Positions 27,797 to 37,780 of a DNA stretch of 64,000 bases are shown piece by piece; the first letter of the stretch is position 1, and every line of letters starts with the position of its first letter. Below the pieces are notes generated by a model that saw nothing but the letters and a program-made list of their open reading frames with translations, was not told where the DNA came from and ran no database searches. The DNA is from Tepidisphaera sp. (GTDB taxonomy: Bacteria; Planctomycetota; Phycisphaerae; Phycisphaerales; UBA1924), in contig CP051526.1 of NCBI GenBank assembly GCA_050916045.1, forward strand, positions 96,001 to 160,000. Direction: 5' to 3'. A program made the translations under genes and the position numbers.

Positions 27797-28477
27797 TCAG
27801 GCTTTCCCGCTTTCCGTCGCCGGGCAGGCTTCGATGGTGCGGGCCGCCACGATCATCGCCCGCGTGCAGTGGCGATCGATGATGCCGCGATAGACGCCGT
27901 ACGCCAGCAGGCAGGGAATGGCCAGGCACAGACCCAAAAGCGTGTGAAACAGAGCTTTGCTGATGCCCAGGGAAAGGTCCGTCGGACCCGCGTTTCCGCC
28001 CGCATCGCCGAGGGTCGTGAACGCGAGGATCATGCCCCACACCGTGCCCGCGAGGCCCACCAGCGGCCCAAGGTTGCCGATGACGTTGAGCATCTCGATC
28101 CGCCGGAACCACCGGCTGGTCTCTTCGCTGGCGGTAAGCTCGGCCAGTTCCCGCATCGCGTCCTTGCCCATGTCGCGGCGCGAGAGCGCCGAGCGAACGA
28201 TGACGGCGGGCATGGAGTTGTCGCTGGCGACAAACCCGCGAAGCTCCTCCCATCGCCCGGCTCCGGACATCTCATCAAGCACTTTCACCGTGCGCCCCGG
28301 CACGATCGCTCCCTCCCGCACCTCGAGAATCGCGCGGAAGACCCAGGCGAGCCCCACGACCGAACCGAGCAGCAGCAGGACCGTGAAGAGGTCAAAGCTC
28401 TGGCGGAACAGCGACCAAAGGCCGGTGCTTTCGCCGAGCGTGAGGACGCAAGCGGACGAATCAACGAGGTGAAGCAT
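27797..28477 (-). CDS. exbB: MotA/TolQ/ExbB proton channel protein
   Basis: GPLVGLAGTVWGMILAF and GISKALFHTLLGL. Confidence 0.9.
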   Translation of the reverse strand: MLHLVDSSACVLTLGESTGLWSLFRQSFDLFTVLLLLGSVVGLAWVFRAILEVREGAIVPGRTVKVLDEMSGAGRWEELRGFVASDNSMPAVIVRSALSRRDMGKDAMRELAELTASEETSRWFRRIEMLNVIGNLGPLVGLAGTVWGMILAFTTLGDAGGNAGPTDLSLGISKALFHTLLGLCLAIPCLLAYGVYRGIIDRHCTRAMIVAARTIEACPATESGKA

Positions 28478-28499
28478 CGCGCGATCGTAACGCCTTCGG

Positions 28500-29153
28500 T
28501 CACGCTTCGTCGAGGTCGTCCGCGTTCATTTCACGGGAGAGGGTGAAGTCGCCCGTGAACCAGCGGTTGAGGTCCGCGAGCTTGGCCCGCTCATCCGCGA
28601 AGGGGTAGAACGGGGCGTTGGGCGCGACCGGCCGGCCGGTGGTGCGGCAGATCGTCGGTGGTCGGTCGATCAATTCGGTCACCCCCGGACGTTTGCGCCA
28701 CGCTTCCGGCAGGCGGAACGTAAGCGAACGTGACCCGGGACCGGTCGCTACAAGCCTGATCTGGGCGAACTCGTCATCTGGCCCGAGCGCGCCGGGGGCT
28801 TTCTCGGGCCACTCCGCGAGGACGATGGTGCGAGCGGTCACGAGCCGATCCCAGCCGACAGGTTCGAGGTCTTCGGCGGATGTCAGCCGGTAAAAGTCCG
28901 CGTGCACCAGTTCCGCGCCCGGCAGATGCGGAAGCGGGTACTGATTCACGATGACGTAGGTGGGGCTTGAGACCAGCCCGGGCGCGACCCCCAGCGCGGA
29001 AGCCAGATGCTGGACAAAGGTCGTCTTCCCCGCTCCAAGATCTCCGTGCAATGCCACCCGATCCCCCGGCCGCAGGACGCGAGCCAGCCCGGCCGCCATC
29101 GCGGCGGTCAGGTCGAGGGTGTCGCACTCGCGAGAAATCTCAATCACGCTCAA
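28500..29153 (-). CDS. tsaE: tRNA t6A biosynthesis ATPase TsaE fused to a C-terminal YacG-like domain
   Basis: GDLGAGKTTF, VSSPTY, HADFYRL and EWPE, followed by an extra ~55 aa ICRTTGRPV...PFYPFADERAKLADLNRW. Start is 29153 (TTG) or 29147 (GTG). Confidence 0.9.
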   Translation of the reverse strand: MSVIEISRECDTLDLTAAMAAGLARVLRPGDRVALHGDLGAGKTTFVQHLASALGVAPGLVSSPTYVIVNQYPLPHLPGAELVHADFYRLTSAEDLEPVGWDRLVTARTIVLAEWPEKAPGALGPDDEFAQIRLVATGPGSRSLTFRLPEAWRKRPGVTELIDRPPTICRTTGRPVAPNAPFYPFADERAKLADLNRWFTGDFTLSREMNADDLDEA

Positions 29154-29165
29154 GAGTAGAAGCGT

Positions 29166-30074
29166 TCAGACATGTTCCCACCCGAGGAGGTCGCCCCGGA
29201 TGATCTCCCCCGCCGGGCCCAGGACCCAGCAGCCAGAGTGCGGCTCAGGACTCACGATCAGGCCGATGCGGGTCACCGGCGTGCCCAGGATCTCCTCGGG
29301 AACCTTCGCGCCCGGGCTTGTCGTGAAGAGCAGTTCGTAGTCTTCGCCGTCCGCGACCGCCGCTCGCCAGCCGACGGCGTGGGGCGAGAGCGGCAGCGAC
29401 CGGCCATCGATATCCACCCGCACGCCCGAAGCCCGGCCCATCCGGCCCCCGTCGATCCCCAACCCGTCGGACAGGTCCATCATCGCGTGCAGGTCTGCTC
29501 CCAGGTGGTCCGCAAGCCACGCCGATTCCGCGAGGCGCGGTTCGAAGGTCAGATGGCGGCCCTGGCCTGTTTTCTTGTCCAGCGAGCCGCCGAGTGTGCC
29601 CGTGACCCAGACCAGATCGCCCCGCTGGGCTCCGCTTCGGAGCACCGGTCCGCGCGTCGGGTGCGGCTCACCGATGAGGGTGATCGCGAGGGCGAGCGCG
29701 GGCCCGCCGGAGATGTCGCCGCCGACGAGCGGGCAGCCGAAATGCCTCGCCCACCGGTCGCACGCGTCGAAGAGGTCGTTCGCGCGGGAGTATTCGGTCG
29801 GGATGGTCGCGGCGCAGAGGGAGGCTCTCGGTGATCCGGCCATGCCGGCGATGTCGGAGACCGCCCGCGCGATGGCTTTGCGAGCGATCAGGTCAACCGC
29901 CGTGCCCTTCGTGAAGTGCTTGCCCTCGACCACCTGATCGACCTTGAGCAGGGTGCTCGGCCCGGTGGCGAGCACCGCACAGTCGTCGCCGGGTCCGACG
30001 AGAACCCGCGGAAAAGCCATGCGCAGGTCCGCGGAGCGCTCGAAGATGTGTCGGAGGAGGCGTTCTTCGCTCAT
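29166..30074 (-). CDS. thiL: Thiamine-monophosphate kinase
   Basis: GPGDDCA, SDIAGMAG, LVGGD, MMDLSDGL, DGEDYELLFT, GWEH. Confidence 0.93.
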   Translation of the reverse strand: MSEERLLRHIFERSADLRMAFPRVLVGPGDDCAVLATGPSTLLKVDQVVEGKHFTKGTAVDLIARKAIARAVSDIAGMAGSPRASLCAATIPTEYSRANDLFDACDRWARHFGCPLVGGDISGGPALALAITLIGEPHPTRGPVLRSGAQRGDLVWVTGTLGGSLDKKTGQGRHLTFEPRLAESAWLADHLGADLHAMMDLSDGLGIDGGRMGRASGVRVDIDGRSLPLSPHAVGWRAAVADGEDYELLFTTSPGAKVPEEILGTPVTRIGLIVSPEPHSGCWVLGPAGEIIRGDLLGWEHV

Positions 30075-31048
30075 GGGGCGAGCCCGCGTGCTTTGATCCA
30101 CGCCCACTGCTTCTCGACGCCGGCGGCGAACGTGGTGGTGGGGCGGTAGTCAAGCTCGGAAGCCGAGCGGGCCGGGTCGGCGAAGGTTCGGTCGACATCG
30201 CCGGGCATCATCGGGCCGGGCGTGACACGTGGCTCTTTACCGACGACCTTTCCGATGGTCGCGATCATTTCTTTAAGCGAAACGGGAGAGCTTCCGCCGA
30301 GGTTCCAGATGCGGTACCCGTGCTTGTCGATCCGCTGGTAGGCGGAGACGACGCCCGAGACGATGTCGTCGATGTACGTGTAGTCCCGGCTGGTGGTGCC
30401 GTCGCCGAACATCCGGATGTGCTCACCGCGTGCGATGCGAAGCAGGAAGGACTGGATCGCCAGATCCGGCCGCTGTCTCGGGCCGAAAACGGTGAAGAAT
30501 CGGAGCATCGCCGTGGGCATCTTCGTGAGGTGCCAGTGGGTGTATCCGAGAAGCTCGCACGCCCGCTTGGTCGCGGCGTACGGGCTGATCGGCTCGCCGA
30601 CGTCGTCGGTCTCGGCGAAGGGGACGCGTGAAGCGTTGCCGTAGACGGAACTGCTGGAAGCGACAACGACGCGTTCGCAGCCGGCACGCCTGGCGGCTTC
30701 GAGGATCACGGAGGTGCCCTGCACGTTGGCGCGGGCGTAACCGACGGGGTCCTCGATGCTGGGTCGGACGCCGGCTTTGGCGGCGAGATGGATCACACCG
30801 GCGGGCTTGAGCTCGGCGAAGAGAGCGAACATCGCGGGAGCGTCGGCGATGTCGGCGTCGACGGTCCGGAACCGTGCGCCGCCGTCGCGCTCGACCTCGC
30901 GGAGGTTCTGACGCTTGAGAGCGACGTCGTAAAAGGGATCGAGGTTGTCCACACCCACGACCTCGTGCCCGAGCGCGAGCAGCCGCTGCGCCGTCCACGA
31001 GCCGATGAACCCCGCCGCTCCGGTCACCACGATGGGCCGATCAGGCAT
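30071..31048 (-). CDS. NAD-dependent epimerase (UDP-glucuronate 4-epimerase-like)
   Basis: TGAAGFIG, HLAAKAGVRPS, SSSSVYG, PISPYAATK, RFFTVFGPRQRPD. Confidence 0.9.
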   Translation of the reverse strand: MPDRPIVVTGAAGFIGSWTAQRLLALGHEVVGVDNLDPFYDVALKRQNLREVERDGGARFRTVDADIADAPAMFALFAELKPAGVIHLAAKAGVRPSIEDPVGYARANVQGTSVILEAARRAGCERVVVASSSSVYGNASRVPFAETDDVGEPISPYAATKRACELLGYTHWHLTKMPTAMLRFFTVFGPRQRPDLAIQSFLLRIARGEHIRMFGDGTTSRDYTYIDDIVSGVVSAYQRIDKHGYRIWNLGGSSPVSLKEMIATIGKVVGKEPRVTPGPMMPGDVDRTFADPARSASELDYRPTTTFAAGVEKQWAWIKARGLAP

Positions 31049-31307
31049 CAAGACCTCCGAAAGGGGAGCGTAGTGGCCGAACTCGCGTCATCGGCGTGTT
31101 CATACCCAACCAAAATCTGAACGAATCGCCCCTAAAAATCAAGCAGGGCGCTATCGGTAGACAGCGCCCCGCTGGAGGAGAGAGAGATCATGAGAATATA
31201 CACAAGTTATCGTCCCCAGGATCCCAAATCGATCAGAATCTTCTCAGATTTTGTCTTGACAAGTGCCAAATAGGGTGAGTACCTGCGCGGTCGGCGCAAA
31301 AACGAAC

Positions 31308-31342
31308 GAAGCCGCCGAGCGGAGGGTCCGCGCGGCGGCTTC
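31308..31342 (-). terminator. Intrinsic terminator
   Basis: GAAGCCGCCG...CGGCGGCTTC stem 17 nt after the stop at 31359; minus-strand tail GTTCGTTTTTG. Confidence 0.7.
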
Positions 31343-31358
31343 ACTCGATGCTGTCGTC

Positions 31359-32270
31359 TTAGCGCGGCGCGGGAACGTTCACGTCGGAGGACTTGGGCGC
31401 GGGCTTGTTCTCGCCATCGCCGCCGGGCCGGCGCGGGCCGCCTTCGCGGGAGCGTTCGAGGAAGCGCTTGATGGCTTCCTTGCGTTCCTCGGGGGACATG
31501 TTCTTGAGGCGCTCGCGGAGGCGTTCGGGCACGCGCGGGTCGTTCATGATTTCTTCGGGGGTCTTGCCCTTGAGGTCATCGAGGTTTCCGGCTTCGCCGG
31601 GCTTGCCCTTCTTCTGCATCTCCTCGGTCAGCCGCTTGATCTCGGCTTCGAGGAGCTTCTTCTGGCCGTCGGAGAGGGTCGACCAGGCTTTGGTCTGTGC
31701 CGTCTCGGGGTTGGGCCGCGAGGCGAGGATCTCCTGAATCCGGGCCAGGGCTTTCTTCGACGCTTCCGCGTCGGGTTTGGCGTCGGCGGGCGGAGCCATC
31801 ATCTCATCCTCGCCCGGCTTGCCTTCGGGCTTTCCGCCTTCCTTGCCCTTTCCGTTGGGGCCCGGGCGGGGCCGGCCTTCGCCGAGCTTGGCGCGGTCTT
31901 CGGCGGTGAGCTGGCTTCGGAGGGAAGCGAGTTCCTCGCGGTTCTTCTCCGTGAACTCGCGCGAGGCTTTCTGGAAGTCCTCGAGCGCGGTCTTGATCGA
32001 CTTCTCCTGCTCCTCGGTGAGCTTGTTCTCGCCGGCTTTGTCGCCGCGGAGGACGTCCAGAGCCTTCATGATGACGGGCAGACGGAGACCGTCGCCGGGG
32101 CGGCGATCGGCCTCGCCAAGCCCACGACCGCGGCCGGGCGTGCTGTTATCACGGACCTTGGGCCCTTCCAGCGGGGCTTCCTTGGGCTTGTCCTGCGCCT
32201 GGGCGGTGCCCGCGGCGAAGACCAGAGCGAGCAAACCGGCTTTGAACAGATCACCAGTGACGCGATTCAT
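31359..32270 (-). CDS. Secreted charged helical protein (Spy/CpxP-like LTxxQ motifs)
   Basis: Signal peptide ending AQAQ; LTEEQ and LSDGQ motifs; G/P/R-rich linkers. Confidence 0.65.
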   Translation of the reverse strand: MNRVTGDLFKAGLLALVFAAGTAQAQDKPKEAPLEGPKVRDNSTPGRGRGLGEADRRPGDGLRLPVIMKALDVLRGDKAGENKLTEEQEKSIKTALEDFQKASREFTEKNREELASLRSQLTAEDRAKLGEGRPRPGPNGKGKEGGKPEGKPGEDEMMAPPADAKPDAEASKKALARIQEILASRPNPETAQTKAWSTLSDGQKKLLEAEIKRLTEEMQKKGKPGEAGNLDDLKGKTPEEIMNDPRVPERLRERLKNMSPEERKEAIKRFLERSREGGPRRPGGDGENKPAPKSSDVNVPAPR

Positions 32271-32441
32271 GAGCGTTTCCTTTCGAGTACGGAACAGTCC
32301 TGCGAACCACCACGATTGCGGGAGACGCGGTGTGCGATCTCCGACACGCGGACTAACGTTGAATCGGCTCGGTCATTGCCGAGCGTCCACTCCGGCCGCC
32401 CACCCGCGGTTCCGGGAGCGAGCCAACAAAGTCGGACCTTT

Positions 32442-33668
32442 ATGAGCCTGAACAAAGACCAGATCTCCGCGGTTCTCCGGACCATCGACAACCCCGCCGC
32501 CGATGGCGACCTCGTCGCTTCGGGGGCGGTGCAGTGGATCGCCTGGTGCGACACCTACGGCAGCGTGAAGCTCAGCCTTCCGACCGGGGTCGCGCCGTCC
32601 ACCATGGACCAGCTTGCCCGAGTCATCCAGCAGTCGATCGCCGCGATGGCGACCTCCTCGGGAAGCCGGCTGGACTCCCTGATCATCGAGTACGTCGACC
32701 ACGCCGGCGCGGTCGTGCACACGGCGCGGTTCGGCCAGCCCACCGGCGGCACCAAGCAGCCCGCGCCCGCCCAAGCGGATGCGGGGCACCGCCCGATCGG
32801 CGGGCTTGCATCCGCTCCAACGCGCCAGCCGACGCCGCAGGGCGCCGCACCGACGATCCCGGGGATCCGTCGGGCGATCGCGGTGGGAGCGGGCAAGGGG
32901 GGCGTGGGCAAGTCCACGGTGGCTCTGAATCTTGCGGTCGGATTGGCTCGCAAGGGGCATTCGGTGGGTCTGCTGGACGGCGACATTTACGGCCCGAGCA
33001 TGCCGACGATGCTCGACCTTGGCGCGATGGACCAGGCGACGCTCGCCGGGCGGCTGGTGCCCTTCCGCGTCCACGGGATCAAAGCGATCACCATCGGCAA
33101 GCTTGTCGATGCAGACCGTCCGCTCATCTGGCGCGGGCCGATGGCCCACGGAGCGTTCAAGCAGCTGCTGGAGCAGACGGACTGGGGCGAACTGGATTAC
33201 CTCATCATCGATCTGCCGCCCGGGACGGGCGATATCGCGCTCACGATGGCTCAGCAGCTTTCGCTGACGGGCGCGGTGGTGGTGTGCACGCCGCAAAAGG
33301 TGGCTCAGGACGACGCGACGCGAGCGACGCGGATGTTCCAGCAGCTTGGGATCGACGTGCTCGGCGTGGTTGAGAACATGTCGAGCTTCATCGGGGATGA
33401 CGGGAAGGACTACGACATCTTCGGCAAGGGCGGAGCGGAGACGATGGCCCAGCGGCTGGGCGTGCCGTTCCTGGGGTCGCTGCCGATCACGATGTCGCTT
33501 CGCAAGAACAGCGACGAGGGGGACCCGACGGCGAACTTCACCGGGACGGACGCGGCGGGCGTCCGCTTGGCGGCGTCGCTCACGACGCTGACGGAACGTT
33601 TGGAGTCGCAGGTGGCGATGGCTTCGCTGAAAGCGGCATCGCAGCGGCCGGTGCTGAAGATCAGCTAG
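32442..33668 (+). CDS. mrp: Mrp/NBP35 (ApbC) Fe-S cluster carrier ATPase
   Basis: GKGGVGKST, DGDIYGPS, LIWRGPM, WGELDYLIIDLPPGTGD, GVVENMS. Start at MSLNKD (32442). Confidence 0.92.
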   Translation: MSLNKDQISAVLRTIDNPAADGDLVASGAVQWIAWCDTYGSVKLSLPTGVAPSTMDQLARVIQQSIAAMATSSGSRLDSLIIEYVDHAGAVVHTARFGQPTGGTKQPAPAQADAGHRPIGGLASAPTRQPTPQGAAPTIPGIRRAIAVGAGKGGVGKSTVALNLAVGLARKGHSVGLLDGDIYGPSMPTMLDLGAMDQATLAGRLVPFRVHGIKAITIGKLVDADRPLIWRGPMAHGAFKQLLEQTDWGELDYLIIDLPPGTGDIALTMAQQLSLTGAVVVCTPQKVAQDDATRATRMFQQLGIDVLGVVENMSSFIGDDGKDYDIFGKGGAETMAQRLGVPFLGSLPITMSLRKNSDEGDPTANFTGTDAAGVRLAASLTTLTERLESQVAMASLKAASQRPVLKIS

Positions 33669-33690
33669 CGCCGATCAGTTCGGGGGTTTC

Positions 33691-34515
33691 ATGAATCATC
33701 GGGAGATTGCAGCAATGGTGTGCGCGACGGCGTGGCCGCAGGTCCGGCGTCGCGTGGTCGCTCTGCTTGAGCGCGGTGGTAACGCGGCACTTGAAGAAGC
33801 CGCGGTCACGCTCGCGGAAGCCGAATTTCGTGGCATGGTTTCGGAGTCAGAGTCATTGCCAGAGAAGGTGCGAACAGCGTTGCGCCATGCGGGACATCCG
33901 CTCGGCTGGCTTCTGCCTCGAAGAATCGAAGTTGAAAGAGAAGTCGGAGTGTGGAACTTCGACGCCAACGAAGGCGGATCGTTGGCAGCAAAGCCGCGTG
34001 CTTCCGGCGTGCCGCTGGTATCAGGACCTGAGTTGCAACTCCAGGTCGTCGAACGAGACGCTTCGAGCTCGCTCGCGGCGTTCGATTCGATCATGACGGA
34101 GTCGAACGGTCGTGCATGTTCGCTCGCGATTGAGCATGATGGAGATCTGACGGAGGGGCTTTGGCGATCACTTCAGTCGCACTTTGAACCCTTCGCGGGC
34201 ATGCGATCCGCGGAAATCGTGCCGCACGGTGACGCTGTGGCTGCCGTCTTGCATATCGCGATCAACGGGGGTGCGTACAGTCGTGGAGCGGGAAGCGCGA
34301 AAGGGCGTCTGGGTGCGTGGCGGACGCTCCAATGGCTGGTAACCCGAGCTGATCGCTCAATGGAAGACACGGTGACCATGGTCGATCGGTGCTGGTGGGT
34401 TCGGTTCTCGACGGATTCTCCGTGGTTCTTCGATATTGCTTGGGACGGGTGCTATGCGTGCTTGAATGCGGCTGAGCGTCGGTTCGCGGTCGTGGCTTGG
34501 ACCGACGTGGACTGA
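33691..34515 (+). CDS. Hypothetical protein, DUF6183-like
   Basis: GGAYS.G.G.A.GRL.AWR.L...WF..IAWD...AVVAWTDVD terminus recalls the actinobacterial DUF6183 family; GC is visibly lower than in the flanking genes. Confidence 0.6.
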   Translation: MNHREIAAMVCATAWPQVRRRVVALLERGGNAALEEAAVTLAEAEFRGMVSESESLPEKVRTALRHAGHPLGWLLPRRIEVEREVGVWNFDANEGGSLAAKPRASGVPLVSGPELQLQVVERDASSSLAAFDSIMTESNGRACSLAIEHDGDLTEGLWRSLQSHFEPFAGMRSAEIVPHGDAVAAVLHIAINGGAYSRGAGSAKGRLGAWRTLQWLVTRADRSMEDTVTMVDRCWWVRFSTDSPWFFDIAWDGCYACLNAAERRFAVVAWTDVD

Positions 34516-34586
34516 ATGCGCCGGGCCAGTCCTTGGGTTGGGCGTCATTCCGCCTCTCCCTCGCTGGCGCGTCGGGCTCTGACAAG

Positions 34587-35114
34587 TCAGGGTCTTGGCA
34601 GAATCGTCAAGAACTTCACCCACGGGCCGACCGCGTCGCGGTACTGGTACGCCATGGCTTTGGCGATCTGGTGCGTGTGGCCGAGGTCGTGGACGACCCA
34701 CGATGCGAGGAGCTGGGCGAGGGTGACCGGACCGAGATCGGGGTGAGCCCCTTTGGCCTCGAGCTGTGCCGTGGTCAGGTGCAATCCGCGAAGCTCGGCG
34801 AGGTTGGCTTCCCGGCGGAGGGCGAACTCGGTAAACAGATCATCCATCGTCCGGGAAGCGTTGAGCGTGTACATCGCGTAGCGGTCGAAAGCCGCGAAGG
34901 GCTTGCGGTCGCCGTGTTCGAGGATGTGCTTCGCACGCACGATCCAGTTGTGCTTCTCGCCCTCGATGAGGTGCCCGACGACGTCGAATGGGCTGAAGGT
35001 GTCCGGGCCGTAGTTGCTCCGGGCCCAGAAGTCGCTGACGCCGCGGAGCATCGCGTCCAGCGTCTTGGGCGTGCGTTCGAGCACTTCGAGAGATCGTTCG
35101 AGGTCAAAGGACAT
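34587..35114 (-). CDS. DinB family protein
   Basis: SPFDVVGHLIEGE..NW..R, FDR, HPDLGPVTLAQLLASWVVHDLGH. Confidence 0.85.
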   Translation of the reverse strand: MSFDLERSLEVLERTPKTLDAMLRGVSDFWARSNYGPDTFSPFDVVGHLIEGEKHNWIVRAKHILEHGDRKPFAAFDRYAMYTLNASRTMDDLFTEFALRREANLAELRGLHLTTAQLEAKGAHPDLGPVTLAQLLASWVVHDLGHTHQIAKAMAYQYRDAVGPWVKFLTILPRP

Positions 35115-35138
35115 GGTTCCGCTCTCCATCGGTGGAGG

Positions 35139-37697
35139 TCACTTCGCGTCGGGAGTAGTGGCCGCTTTGGCTTTCCATTCGTCGGCCTGCGCGGCGTACC
35201 CCTTGCCCGGTTCGGCTTTGTCCCACGCACCGTAGATGGTGACGAGGTCCAAAGCCATCTGCTTGGCGATCGGATGCTTCTCTCCCATCTTGTTCACGAT
35301 GATGGACCTTGCTTCGAGCAAAGCGGCTTCGGCTTCGGCGTGCTTGCCGATCTTGCTGAGGCAACTCCCGTACCAGCCGAGGGTGAAGCCGAGGCCTTCG
35401 TAGTTGGCGGGGAACGCTTTGCGGGTGCCGGCGACGGCCCGCTCGAGCGTTGCAACCGCATCCTCGAACCGGCCGCGCTTTCGCAGCAGGGCGCCGAGGT
35501 TTGAGAGGGAGATCAGCGTGTCGGGATGCTCGGGGCCGAGCACCCTTTCGCTGATGGCGAGGTCCTTGCGGCGGAGCGTCTCGGCCTGATCAAGCATCCC
35601 GAGTTCGATGTAGATCGAGCAGAGGTTGCTCATGGTTGAGAGCGTGCTCTCGTGCTCTTCGCCGAGCACGCGGAGCTTGGCTTGGTAGGTCTCTTCGCCC
35701 AAGGTCCGCGACCGCTCGAAGCGCTGCTTGGACTTCTCGGGGCTGGTCTGTTTTTCCTGTGAAGCGGCCCAGTAGAGCATCCACGCCAGGTTCCCGCGGA
35801 GTTCGAGGGTGAAGGGGTGCTCCTTCTTCCCGAGCTTGTCCGCGGCGGCGAGGGCGTCCCCGAACATCGCTTCGGCTTGGTCGAACTGGCCCTTGTCGGT
35901 CATGAGCGTGGCGAGGGCGTTCATGGTGGCGATGGATTCCCACGCGACGGTCCCGACGGCTTTGCGAGCTTCGAGGGATTCGCGGAGGAGGGGCTCGGCT
36001 TCGGCGGTTCGGCCCTGCTCGACCATGACGGTCGCGAGGCCCTCGAGGCTTTGGAGGGTGATTGGATTCTTCCGGCCGAAGAGGCGTTCGTGCTTGGCGG
36101 CGGCTTCCTTGAGTTGCCCTTCGGCCTCGGCGAACTTTCCGCCCTTGATGAGCAGCAGCGCGAGATCGTTGTTCGCGCGGCAGGTGTCTTCGTGGTCGGG
36201 TCCGAGCTGAGCCGTGCGGATGCGGAGCTGTTCGCGCAGGTGCGTCTCGCCCTGATCAAAGACGCCCAGGCCGTAGTAGGTCCGGCCGATGGTTCCGTGA
36301 AGGCGTGCCGCGACGAGCGGGCGGTCGGAGAAGCGTTCGCCGACGGACTTGGCCGCTCCGTCGAGGACCTTGCGGACGGTGACGTCTTTGCCTTGGGCGG
36401 TGGGGTCGGCGGCGGCGAGCATCTCGTCGAGGAACGCGACGGTGGCTTCGGCTTCGGCGAGTCGGGCGAGGGAGGCGGATTCGGCTTTGGTCGCCCGGGA
36501 GGCTTGCTGTTCGGCGGATTCCCGCTGCGTGCGGGCTTCGAGCAGGCCCATGGTCGTGCCGACGATGCCCAGGACGAGAGCGGCGGCGACGACTCCTCCG
36601 GCGACGACGGCACCGCGGTGGCGGCTGACGAACTTCCTCACGCGGTACGCGGCTCCGGGCGGAGCGGCGATGACGGGCTCGCCGGTGAGGTATCGGCGGA
36701 TGTCCATCGCGAGGCCGTCAGCGGTGGGGTACCGGCGGTGCCGGTCTTTCTCCATGGCTTTCATCACGATCCAGTCGAGCTCGCCGCGGATGGTGGAGCC
36801 GAGTTGCCGGGGCTCGGTGTGCCGCTTGGCGGCGATGCCGACGATCGTGTCGCTGCTTTGCGAAAGGCGCGTGCTGGGGACGGGGGGCTCGATCTCGCGG
36901 ATGATGCGCTGGATCTCGCCGTACGCGGCGGAGCGCAGGTCGCGTCCGCTGAAGGGCGTGGTGCCGGTGAGCAGTTCGTACAGCAGCACGCCGAGGGAGT
37001 AGACGTCGGTGCGGGTGTCGATGTCCATCGAGCCTTCGGCCTGCTCGGGGCTCATGTATTCGGGGGTGCCGATGAGCTCGCGGTGTTCGGTGAAGAATGT
37101 CTGTTCGGTGAGCCGGGCGCTGGTGGCTTTGGCGATGCCGAAGTCGATGACCTTGGGGCTGGGCTTGCCGTCCTGGAGCGCGACGAGGACGTTGCTGGGC
37201 TTGAGGTCGCGGTGGATGATGCCCTTGGTGTGGGCGTGCTGAACTGCGCCGCAGACGTGGGCGAAGAGGTCGAGGCGTTCGGCGACACTGAGGCTGTTCT
37301 TGTCGCAGTAATCGATGATGGGCTCGCCTTTGACGAGCTCCATGACGAAGTAGGGTCGGCCGGTTTCGGTCGCGCCGGCGTCAAAGACCCGCGCGATGTG
37401 CGGGTGGTCCATGATGGCCAGGGCCTGCCGCTCCTGCTCGAAACGGGCGACGACCTGCCGCGTGTCCATGCCGAGCTTGATGATCTTGAGGGCGACGACC
37501 CGCTGGACGGGTTGCTCCTGCTTGGCCATGTAGACCGCGCCGAATCCGCCCTCGCCGATGAGCTGGATGATTCGGTAGGGGCCAATGCGCGTGCCGGGCG
37601 GCTCGCGGAAGTGAGCGGTCCCGGTCGGGCTCGGCTCGGCGGCGGTGGGCTTGTCGACCGTCGGATTCGACGAGAGCGATGGCGCGGGGTCGGTCAT
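35139..37697 (-). CDS. Hanks-type Ser/Thr protein kinase with a TM helix and C-terminal TPR repeats
   Basis: [48 protein letters not shown], then LGxEHPxTL TPR repeats. Confidence 0.95.
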   Translation of the reverse strand: MTDPAPSLSSNPTVDKPTAAEPSPTGTAHFREPPGTRIGPYRIIQLIGEGGFGAVYMAKQEQPVQRVVALKIIKLGMDTRQVVARFEQERQALAIMDHPHIARVFDAGATETGRPYFVMELVKGEPIIDYCDKNSLSVAERLDLFAHVCGAVQHAHTKGIIHRDLKPSNVLVALQDGKPSPKVIDFGIAKATSARLTEQTFFTEHRELIGTPEYMSPEQAEGSMDIDTRTDVYSLGVLLYELLTGTTPFSGRDLRSAAYGEIQRIIREIEPPVPSTRLSQSSDTIVGIAAKRHTEPRQLGSTIRGELDWIVMKAMEKDRHRRYPTADGLAMDIRRYLTGEPVIAAPPGAAYRVRKFVSRHRGAVVAGGVVAAALVLGIVGTTMGLLEARTQRESAEQQASRATKAESASLARLAEAEATVAFLDEMLAAADPTAQGKDVTVRKVLDGAAKSVGERFSDRPLVAARLHGTIGRTYYGLGVFDQGETHLREQLRIRTAQLGPDHEDTCRANNDLALLLIKGGKFAEAEGQLKEAAAKHERLFGRKNPITLQSLEGLATVMVEQGRTAEAEPLLRESLEARKAVGTVAWESIATMNALATLMTDKGQFDQAEAMFGDALAAADKLGKKEHPFTLELRGNLAWMLYWAASQEKQTSPEKSKQRFERSRTLGEETYQAKLRVLGEEHESTLSTMSNLCSIYIELGMLDQAETLRRKDLAISERVLGPEHPDTLISLSNLGALLRKRGRFEDAVATLERAVAGTRKAFPANYEGLGFTLGWYGSCLSKIGKHAEAEAALLEARSIIVNKMGEKHPIAKQMALDLVTIYGAWDKAEPGKGYAAQADEWKAKAATTPDAK

Positions 37698-37780
37698 GCA
37701 GAGAGTCTACCGAAGGCCTCGGGATTCCGCACCAACTTTCGGAATCACCGCGGCAACCTTCCGGTTGCCGCGGCGCGTGA

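Noticed and set aside
31256..31290. TTGACA sigma70-like promoter on the plus strand, suggesting an antisense RNA
   Set aside because: The -10 match is poor and there is no downstream plus-strand gene or recognisable RNA.
21394..33668. Apparent long N-terminal fusions in the ORF track (nadE 889 aa, mrp 801 aa; likewise ROK 468 aa, coaD 250 aa elsewhere in the window)
   Set aside because: The extensions overlap other genes or promoters. True starts lie downstream, supported by domain boundaries and -10/RBS signals.
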